DNA of 64,000 bases from NCBI GenBank assembly GCA_964429275.1, contig CAYSBJ010000001.1:1-64000 (forward strand). Reading direction: 5' to 3'. Both the position numbers and the translations under genes were made by a program. Numbering within the stretch: the stretch's first letter is position 1; each line of letters starts with the position of its first letter. This document shows, piece by piece, positions 33,101-35,001 of this stretch. The notes below the pieces were generated by a model. The model did not search any database. It had not been told where the DNA came from and worked only from the letters and a program-made list of their open reading frames with translations. Origin of the DNA: an uncultured Pseudomonadota bacterium (GTDB lineage Bacteria > Babelota > Babeliae > Babelales > JAUPTZ01).

Positions 33101-35001
33101 TTGGTAATCGGATAACTACTTCCAGACGCAGACCCTACTGTCCAATCAGCCTTACCACTTCCCGCAAAAACACCTCCTGCGAGGAAAGCATTTAGAATGC
33201 GAGCACTATACATTTGTTGTACCAGTGGGAGCGGCGGCGTAGTAGCAGGAAGCGACGCTCCTGCTGAAAACGGAATCCACGGGCTACTTGTTAACGGTAG
33301 GTCGTACAACCATTGTGTCCCACTTGCCACATGTTTCCATAAACCAGTCTCTGCTTGCCATAACCATTTTACTTGGTCACTTGCACCAATATGAAAAACC
33401 CAGTACCCGGTCGCCGGATCAAATGTCCAGACCTGACTCCCCCCTGCCGTTTGTGTCCACACTTGCGTTGACGCATTGTACGTCCACGTATTTGTTCCAC
33501 CAACGTTAGTCCATGTACCGGAAGTAAAAGTATACGCCGGTGATCCACTACCAGATGCATACCAAGAGTTGTTACCGCTATTGAGAAGATAAGAAAAATG
33601 TACTGCCGGTGCCGCAGGAGCACTGCTACCATCACTGCGCCATGCAATAACAGTTGTCGTCGTATCCGTTGGAATAGTAAGCGTTGCGCTATCGTTAAAA
33701 AGCCCACCAGACAACGTCCACTGAGCAGCACCAGTTTTTTCTACCACACTTACTGAAGAAAGCTTATTCCACAAAGAATCAAGTATCGCTTTCTGAACTA
33801 CAAACAGAGGCGGCAAGCCAGCAGATGGCTGCCCACTATAGTTGGATATTTGCTGCCAGGATCCCGCAAACATAAGATAGCGCCACACCCAGGCACGATG
33901 CCCGTCATTACAAGACCAGTACCCAGTAGACGGTGTATAAGTCCAAACTGCAGCACCAGAATTTTGAGACCACGTAAGCGCAGTTACATTCGACTGCCAT
34001 GTCGTAAGCGTATCGCTACTCGTCCAGGTGTTTGCATGAAGATCGTACGACCACTGCTCACCAGTTTGCGCATCAATCCAAAAGCCAGTAGTACTGTCAT
34101 ATGCCCAGCTCTCTGACCACTGTGGATTAATCGAACGTGTCCAACTAAAATCACCGGATTGGATGTTATATGAGGCAAGATCTGCAGCACTGTTTGCCAC
34201 CGAATAGTAACTGTTAATAGTCCCCTGGACCACACCAGATACCGTGCTGTACGTTACCGCAAAATCATTAGTACTATTAAGTAGGCTATACAGACCTGCA
34301 GTCTGAGACTGAATTATCCAATCAGTTTTGCCACTTTCAACCAGAGCACCAAGCCCCAGCACAGCATTTAACGTTGACTGCGCATACATTTGCTGCAGAA
34401 TAGGCACTGCTGGTTTAACTGCAATGGTAACAGAACTTGGGTTATAAATAGCCGTCCACGTTTCAGTCGTAAAGTCATATGACCAAGTCGTCGACGATGG
34501 GATGTGCGTCCATTGAAAAGTAACTGGATTCCACTGCCACGCAGGATTACCAGTAATTCCTAGCGTACATACCCAGCAGCCAGTGCTACCGTTATATACC
34601 CATTTTTCTGGAGCTCCTACAGTCACCTGCCAAGTCTTGGTGCTCGGTGTATATACCCACGTACGACCACTCGTCTGATTCCACGTTTGTGTGCTGCCAG
34701 TAAACGAATACGTTCTACCAGTAGTAGTATTTCGCCATGCAATATCACCCGTTATAAGATTCCAGTTCGCGACAAAGATAGAGCTGGCTTGCGGCACCGT
34801 CGAATTGTCTCGCCATGACAAGGAAGCCGATGAACTGGTTGCGCTCAAAATAACCGAATCATTATACGGCCCACCAATAGCGCCCCACTCTACTATTTGC
34901 GAACCATTTGCGACTGTCCGTGATAATGTGTAAGGGGCAGCACTACACCCAACACTTACAAAGACGAGAACTAAACCTACCAGGCACTGCCGTATATTCA
35001 T
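9175..35001 (-). CDS. Giant exported Trp-rich tandem-repeat protein (8608 aa), putative surface filament/adhesin
   Basis: Uninterrupted 25.8-kb ORF with GGAG 7 nt before the ATG and an ATGA overlap with the upstream gene. N-terminal signal (possible lipobox VSVG-C19), 19 ~390-aa repeats, and a C-terminal B module shared with the 1171- and 1730-aa proteins. Confidence 0.9.
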   Translation of the reverse strand: MNIRQCLVGLVLVFVSVGCSAAPYTLSRTVANGSQIVEWGAIGGPYNDSVILSATSSSASLSWRDNSTVPQASSIFVANWNLITGDIAWRNTTTGRTYSFTGSTQTWNQTSGRTWVYTPSTKTWQVTVGAPEKWVYNGSTGCWVCTLGITGNPAWQWNPVTFQWTHIPSSTTWSYDFTTETWTAIYNPSSVTIAVKPAVPILQQMYAQSTLNAVLGLGALVESGKTDWIIQSQTAGLYSLLNSTNDFAVTYSTVSGVVQGTINSYYSVANSAADLASYNIQSGDFSWTRSINPQWSESWAYDSTTGFWIDAQTGEQWSYDLHANTWTSSDTLTTWQSNVTALTWSQNSGAAVWTYTPSTGYWSCNDGHRAWVWRYLMFAGSWQQISNYSGQPSAGLPPLFVVQKAILDSLWNKLSSVSVVEKTGAAQWTLSGGLFNDSATLTIPTDTTTTVIAWRSDGSSAPAAPAVHFSYLLNSGNNSWYASGSGSPAYTFTSGTWTNVGGTNTWTYNASTQVWTQTAGGSQVWTFDPATGYWVFHIGASDQVKWLWQAETGLWKHVASGTQWLYDLPLTSSPWIPFSAGASLPATTPPLPLVQQMYSARILNAFLAGGVFAGSGKADWTVGSASGSSYPITNSTGDFTGTYNTETGVISGSRVSTYPFIHGDYSLVSYKIEQGDFVFNCTVDPRITKGWQYSSSTRTWTDLQTGATWGYTPASGVWTSSDGLTTWQSSLQGLRWSQNAGAAVWSYDPTTGRWSYDDGVHAWVWQYLELAGTWTQISSHPGLPSGGLPPLVVIQKALIDTLKNAVGELAVVTQVSGTSWKVTGGYFNDYASLSIPSDNASTTLTWRDNGGSLGSTPAVSFSAPLLSGNVSWSTAGSVAYTYVASNGVWADIVRGTTWTYNRTTHVWTQTSGGSQVWSFNKTSGYWVYNSGGSGSADWLWQPATALWKEVSTGNEWLYDLTATTNPWKAVTFGATLPSVVPPLPLVHQQFAARVLNAFVAGGAFDTNAIPNWIFSSPVFANGLLSFKNTADDITATYNPQSGTVQAQLLSLMAITSTGQMGNYTWMNTTDPQVPNSWSYNSSTHLWTDVQTNEQWQYEPAMSAWALVGGTTVWQGSATTFQWSKNGSTTPWSYDPSTGYWAYNDGTSSWVWQYSFLADSWQQISSYSGMPATGLPPLMVVQRAFLDSLWSAIDNAFVVTSTGPTAWRLAGGYFNDYATFSQPSGSATGTIAWRSHGYNLGVTPEVNFTYIVNTGNSSWYSAGALAYTYVQSTGLWTDIGASSTWTYTPTQKKWAQTGTTATWTFNTTTGYWVSNGGNRWLWDPRKGLWTDISTGVQWLYDLTVTSGAWQPLLAGAAVPSVKPPLPLIQQMYSARILKGILSGGAYVESGKTDWIVGTLASGLYPVSNSTGDFTGSCNAGTGVTTGALVSAYSYVNGTVSFSSYDIETGAFAFRRTIDPRWSELWQYSPNSSRWTNSQTSEQWLYAANSHTWTSSDGLTTWQSTAEGLHWSQNNDAAVWVYNPATGRWSYDSGHGIWTWRYCALSDTWQATSTFAGQPAHGFPPLVVVQHAFASSLWTVLNGLALVTATSGSTWTLDGGYFSDHATLTVPTDVTRTAISWRSNGRILSSIPAVSFNYLLNTTDINWYSNGNASPSATYNGAVDSQSFGQWSDAAGANTWTYNDLERVWTQTSGGSQVWSFDDTTGYWVYDFDGTSPIQWLWDAEAATWTVVSDGSEWVYDFTNPSSPWVCLSASATLPAVTPPLPLTQLMYSSRVLNKFLAAGVFAESEHADWSVGAPVAGVYPVTNGTADFNLSYTTLDGVVTGGLVSTTYPFVDGAFSLVEYDIEHGDFTFVLSIDPRLPRTWQFASGPATWSDLQTGEQWTYDADLNIWVGPDGVTTWQSSLQGLQWSQNAGAAVWTYTPSNGHWSYNDGSRSWVWRFLALSSSWEQISSHAGLPAHGLPPLMVVHKALVDSLWCQLATTTTAQQLSSGNWTVTGGYFNDYASLIVPSDSQLATLTWRDRGNDLTSTPAISFSGTLRTGDISWYTVLSSDPSYRYVASTGLWTDVFSGVSWTYDDSAQTWTPAIGVAWTFDTATGHWVYDFEGDNAVSWSWDTATGLWEEVETGKHWLYDLTRYADSWTAVEAGASLPVITPPLPLVQQCYYTRVLKSFVTAGAFNTIGVSNWVFRSPSPASGVFSLQNRANDTVVTYTPTTTILTAQLLSFMNVTSTTQTGSFTWTLAVDPETPKSWSYSNSTHTWTDAQTSEAWVYTPSTKMWTLSGGSTTWQQNPTTNRWSRNGSAQVWMYAPTTNEWSYNDGTRLWVWQYDFLAESWRQISTNSGSPAGGVPPLMVVQRAYLDSLWNTVGGLCTTSKTSATKWTMTGGYFNDYATFTMPAVGGTASIAWRNKGNDLTKTPDINFSYVINTGDSIWYTLASRNPAYTYTANTGTWKNAAGTSVWTYNPSLKRWSLAGSTQTWTYTPSTGYWTSNDGVRWLWNQDTGLWQDITGNHQWIYDLTAASNPWVSLTAGVTVPAVTPPLPLIQQMYSARVLHAFLSGGVFAESGKADWVLGTVSGGAYPLANSTNDFSATYALTSGNIAGQRVSSYSFINGAYFLPLYDIEHGDFVFRRSIDLRWTESWQYSSTTGLWTSSQSNESWSYSKSTRTWTRVGGSTTWQSSLQGLQWSQNDGDALWTYAPSTGYWSYDSGHGIWQWQYLAFADTWKQISAFAGQPANGFPPLVVVQKAFLDSLWAALDETFVVAQTSDTVWKLTGGYYNDLATLTVPVDASTASLTWRDNGSHLSTTPAVRFVYTFLNGNDNWYTAAHNSTPAYTYVNSTGNWTDVVGGDTWTYAPLTQQWTHTHTDSHTWRYDAASGHWISDTSVHWLWHPTTAVWEHSASGALWVYDFTATSSPWHAVTFGAELPAMTPPLPLLQQMYRLRLINSFIAANVLDGRGSSDWALSSSVTSGTTFALHNGSDDFTATYNSGTGIINGQLWSALTITNDTGTGDFTWQLTLDPQATKQYSFDSNTERWTDAQTNQQWSYAPSTKAWTLVGGSTTWVSDVTGLIWSKNSGAAVWTYTPSSSQWSHNDGTHAWVWSFNLLTNTWEQVTSFAGAPASGMPPYVVIQKAYLNSLLNVFAHEAMVEQVSDYEWSLRGGYFNDSATLTVAMDDPSLATIEWRTDGNDAALVPALNYTYDVATGDNTWYRNGSSTAAYTYDAESGLWTDVAHSTLWEYDSLGLTWTPTAGEVWTFDATTGYWIYDLGGMDEVQWLWDAAHVCWVHIADSKRWTYDLTASSNPWQALSSGATLPSITPPLPLVQQMYSSFILNAFLKIGVFAESGKTNWTVGAVHSGAYPVANSTNDFIAAYTPSTGDVTGNRVSGSSFLNGAYSLTSYSVETGDFTFTCMVDPRFPQVWQYNSGPAMWADLQTTEAWSYDPATATWTDEGESVTWQSSLQGLQWSQNNGDAVWTYDPTTGRWSCNDGVHSWVYRYLLLANAWQQITAFSGAPAHGLPPLVVVQKAFVDTLWNALQAKNIVTQNSSSVWTLAGGAFNDHATFTIPSDTILTTIAWRNNGATLSDTPAVSFSYKVKTADSSWYIDGDSSPAYTYTASTHSWANDDDTDVWTYDIPSLTWTQTAGGSQEWSYNYVTGYWEEAAGKEWLWNAATGMWTDVASGKQWFYNLTASTDPWRAVSYGATLPLVTPPLPLIQQLYEQRVLSKFYSYGMFAESGKADWITPSPVVAATTIAVENSVNDFVASCNTTNGNIVGSLSSSDLFLDQAVSMTANTLSGSFSWTRSVNPLLPEMWSYNSTSHVWTDRQTNEQWTYAPSTLTWTNEDTWTSIPATMAWSQNAGVAIWTYNPWAGQWSYHDGTHAWVWSYSFVSDQWTQVSSNTGTPTHGLPPLVVVQKAVVDSLVNIFTDAPVMKQLTSSSWLAQGGYFNNYALLTLPSDGSLSTITWQTDGDNFVSTPAQRYSQGLSSGDIDWYTAAQNLTPAYTFVRSSGAWTDVVGSAAWTYNATAHTWTQTSGGSATWSYNSEDDYWTSAAGVHWRWQPTTGTWLNVADAKVWLYDFTVTSSQWKALSSSAILPGTTPPLPLVQQLYAKKVFNEFLNNGMLNAVGAADWIFNSPVVSTETFVVNNGNNDSTATYNPATGNITAQVFSVLSLTGNASTGAFTMKLAFDSQPISTWIYDISTHRWTNTQTSEYWTYSASTLTWTSSDSATTWTSNPITMNWTKNTDAAVWTFDPSTGQWSYNDGTRAWVWVYSFLTGTWRQISNYTGTPTQGLPPLVAVQKAFFDSLLNVFSNTSYITNPTAHGWVAHGGYFNDYAALTLPVDRRNASLTWRSNGNDLSSIASSSFSYTLRSGDTAWYTATSGLPAQTFNGATGLWTDYVGNATWTYNAAMQTWTQNSGGSEAWHFDTVTGYWTSSEDDQWLWDPAKGTWHDVARVADWLYDFTRLSSPWESLTVGASLPARRPPLALTQQLYRTRILNQFMALNLFDDCAVSDWIFNVPVVAATSLTVANSLGDFTATYTPDDNLITGNLLSFISISNNTETGAFTWKNTVNPQAYLSWAYDSSTHTWTNAQTAEAWVYSPVTNVWTLSGGSTTWQSDVDGFAWSKNAGAYIWTYDPLTGYWSHDDGTNTWQWLYEHMRNAWTQITTYTGTPAGGLPPLMVVQRALLNSLWSCVNDRCIVTQSSPTEWVAKGGYFNDRAVLTVPSGPTSPSIAWRDKGYNLSVAPNINFNYTLNTGNSAWYLAGSGSSAYTFTGSSNVWSNAAGTNVWVYSPTAKTWTQTVGGTTVWTFNSTTGHWVSGSQRWLWISDVSLWQDVASGNQWLYDFSAATNSWEALTDSAVLPVLTPPLPLVQQMFMMSVVNEFLSAGAFPSSGLADWAFTSPMLDDGVLTVTNSAGDFTASYTNETDVITAHSVSPYPFVNNALTITYHRSSGVFTWRQTVDARWPETWVYNSATRRWTNGQTGEYWIFDAVTNSWTSASDVVWTSNPVIRQWSNGSSSWYYAPDTGYWLYDDGVNVWQWQYSFLSGTWTQITSFEGGFSQVRPPLVVVQKAFLDSLCDAFNNVLSVSSVSSTECIGSGGYYNNYATLTIPDNKALSTIEWRNRGDDLDVDPDIAFTYHMGTGNMAWTLGASASSSYSFTESSGVWLDEITSDTWVYNPTAQSWTHSADSKTWTYDATNDYWTYESGGGDQVQWQWQKDRSLWVEVATGNQWLYDFGNLLSPWESLTSGEDVPTIVPALPLVQQLYSKHIVRQFLVAGAFDCTGKSDWILGEPPVTDHVFSLRNSVRDFTATYNMQTGLVSGAFQSPYSFVNGSVTVGSSSTTNDFVWQRSIDGETVAQWSYDGVWTDEQNGDQWAYDSNTRVWSNFYDSVTWSGDTAGLVWSRSSGDVSWTYDPATGYWAYQDADSAWLWHYHFFAGTWFPVTTADAIPVGGFPPLALVQKTMIDILQNTAIKKENRIVPGDADDEFVIRGGYFNDYALLTMPTDLSTATIAWRNKGNNLVADPDVNFTYALNTGNASWYDSSSGSPVYTFDNSTGEWVDVAGGTTWAYDATAQTWTQTSGGSQVWIFNPVTGYWTFDDGINGVVDWEWQPTRNLWQHVELHQEWLYDFTNPITPWRALFSGGTTPAIAPPLPLTQQLYAAGVYNAFLRWGAFDSLGKTDWILNAPVLSSGVISAHNSANDFTATYNPTTGVIQAELLFSTHIIYNTSNGAFTWNFAGYPEWPIQSSYDATSHIYTDGLLGNEWSYNPTTMVWTVVGGSETWQSDLLGYRWVKNGGEEVWIYDPTASSWSYNDGTRSWVWQYGPVSNTWNQISAYSIADFLTGFPPRVVLHKVILNSLYNAFTGDSVAVTETDSTHWVLRGGYFNDYATLAVASPSSNTAIAWRNKGYNLALTPDVSFTYTLASGNSSWYLGGSGSAAYTYVGSSGLWTDVPHSVTWTYDSSARTWTPTTGSVWTFDTATGYWTYDLGGSPVQWQWNASTGIWKHIASGGQWIYDFASSGGAWEPLTNGASIPSHAPPLPLVQQLYSARILNEFLTAGVFAQSELANWTVTGPVDGIYTITNGAGDFQAHYDTTMLTIAGMVSGASVSSYGFLSGKYGFTAYNIETGEFTFQRSVDTRFPEEWQYSAGAWTDLQTGAVWTYNATTQRWTAPDSTTWTVGVGGVQWLKNGGTVIWIYHPDTGHWTHNDGTHTWEWEYLWFAGAWKQITTFAGTPAAGLPPLVAVQQALLKSLLNVIGNLSDVSATSGTVWTLTGGYFNDNATLTVSGGGSVGTVAWRDNGGSLGSSPAINYSHTIGTGNNSWYLAGSGTPAYTYTGNTHTWTNADNTQTWVYDVALRKWTQTVGGSQVWTFNGSTGAWMPTSGSGWVWQPASGLWLSLADGVQRLYNFNASSPWQGWESATAPVSPTPPLPLIQQMFTAQILSKMLAFGMFREESTADWVFQAPIASSGLAQAGNKEGDFTVTYDISTGDIVGRNVHPDAFINNTVTLTANTNTRNFTWRSAVDSRWPLSWSYDNSTTTWTDSQTQETWLYDVERNIWTSGSDSSVYWSYDANTGDWYKGADVNPWLYDASSGHWTYYGSDHESVWQYSMINNAWNQISSYPSPSTGLPPLAVVHKTMADTLFSAASALPSVVQTGPSEWRSYGGYLNDYAVLTLASGHSSGSLAWYNNKNFSGLTSDVRFTYNLTTASNSWYLSGSGSPAYTFSGSTWTDGGSNVWAYDVALKRWTQTAGGSQVWTYDSTADHWTGVNGGTTVHWAWNATSGLWMNVADSARWIYDLSPAGSGWESFTNGAVLPSLTPPLPLIQQVYMARVLNAFWADGVLGESGRGDWIVSGPSSLTYALTNGAGDFTATYDTQTGVVTGTRSDSSLANGAIDLSYDTYTGSFSWQSSIDPRWTKTWEYDGVDRVWTNNQTGEEWDYNPVTGTFSCDSDSWKSSLAGLQWSHNGSSTLWTYDPTTGYWSYNDGEVTWRWVYKMLADGWMQITSYNGLPAGGLPPLVVVQQALVDTIWNAVGSLCTKTVSGSTWTLRGGRFNDYAIVSTSSSAPTIEWRNNAAHIGSSPDIIFSYELTTGHCEWDSFMGDGNAYTFNNDTSRWTDVIHGTLWEYNLDAQTWQQITGGSALWSYDSTNGVWSSGSGHWSWNMQTGLWRDETGNADWFYDFAATDNQWQPITFGAILPSTRPPLPLLQQLYTRYILKKFLGYGAFASAGTANWVVTQPVSGVYHAANTAADFTATYTVSSQEISGRLVGPRSFNEGAILVTVDVASGNFTWQRSVDPLWPETWSYDGDSSVWVDGQKGITWSFSPSTSSWTDGSSTWHNSAGDSLSWTKNSSSHVWTYSPSTGRWSYNDGTNVWQYNYYQLGDGWVQITSYAGAPADGFPPLVVIQKAIVRTLFDAFRLAGAFEKSSGPYGWITPFTQQDDGSWRVANGSSIQSIVYAPRTNTIQWTGEENKVAFTVDLNSGLMEWLNLVDTDNAYTAVYNFGTGVWEEKSDSDTDWVYDSVAATWTFVGDDSQIFTYDSSDDTWMHGPSGNIWHYSTTADTWEEFNSGTVWRYCVAGRFWKLISGTGSISDAGRPPVALVHQMYLRLVMNQVDALGVTASNFAFLPSIALKRDFEVVSGDLFGITGPDGTVTANFASAGTPTLTYVAGDSSASLVYTPSTNAWTWTHTLGSPSRTWTYNPSTSIVTGPMVSGVYDSWKLLNGGTATQNWYKYNPATPAVLGAHWIYYPAINVWYDPANAIRWRYDPLTLTWGSVAVSNAYKTVWRFDEYAQTWVLVAGTPPALSGYQPPSVARQVAKIRTSFDSALASGFLSFGSIAGLTFARQDDGTWLASNTSEGMRIVYDNTLGDRLAIATLVPPAEPSWVDGKIAFTAAVDGSWSWAHSLNPFNPISYSYNSSTKIWQNLLNESEKWTYDPATITWTNADETESWTYSYSMRQWTNGDVTITYDPSNDTYSGESYDLISDSWSSLPEGVLPPRFVPQFMIAHQIRRALIVSHALSSSPSLTWSSSTQVLKGVDTFGNGTASYSPLDPWPYYWNDSSGKNQVTYNNTTGAWAWSFSDTRWQYTSAHNRWMPDGGTFADGWYYFDGSEPYWISAANSANKWYKHGSGHTWVYNPTTTAWSYNTATGLWTTGIQDWGYDFASGAWYEVTDRGILPHNFPPLALVQQVFLQGIAAGIETFLADAENRAVNDLPTAYEHPLYGNRPLIVGASYRRYNASSILVNAPVHFDRVTYIHSDVSRNLGVVQAPSVTMTALPTIIGGERAVLFGESYGPSISLCNSTIACQESLISAGVRWSIHENNGDSGENDSANGNNSSSLLAYSRGRSLDALHRRGAVFQLGSSANRMSNGTQSALLRDAFIDVYRSALTPGATALMPSTIELVLSDFREQDVSARDKATHVLYLAHKSRINIGWPLPFGSTDGYSPWNIPLTGVTFDESRKFNPGVTGGGTLRVATDSWCVSARGTNGLPPAQPVNGADQSGVVYVDFGGTLMADASRRLILDTPVAFALGNGALAGSINVPADQLILTNNARIQGYGANFASAAELTGPYAGNIVLPKNTSHFATGNLVQSPSLIQVKGGSRRRKKTGHSRKR
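10430..34880 (-). repeat. Protein-level tandem repeat array: 19 units of ~384-400 aa plus 4 degenerate half-units
   Basis: A GG(Y)FND-type marker recurs near 34875, 33708, 32532, 31374, 30213, 29013, 27855, 26688, 25533, 24354, 23190, 22035, 20883, 19722, 18543, 17373, 16197, 15027 and 13872 (spacing 1152-1200 nt). Each unit also has one PPLPL(I/V)QQ-type and one PPL(V)VVQ(K/R)A-type motif. Confidence 0.9.

Noticed and set aside
10430..34880. The repeat array as an assembly artefact or CRISPR-like DNA repeat
   Set aside because: Units differ widely in DNA and protein sequence and in length, the frame stays open for 25.8 kb, and there are no identical short repeats with spacers.
34998..35001. 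The 886-aa and 8608-aa ORFs as one frameshifted gene or pseudogene
   Set aside because: The giant has its own GGAG RBS, ATG and signal peptide, and the join is a standard ATGA coupling like others in this window.
9175..35001. The giant protein as an RHS/YD-repeat toxin, RTX protein, chlamydial Pmp or autotransporter
   Set aside because: I saw no RHS core end (PxxxxDPxG), no GGxGxD nonapeptide runs, no GGA(I/L/V)+FxxN arrays, no C-terminal barrel and no downstream immunity gene.
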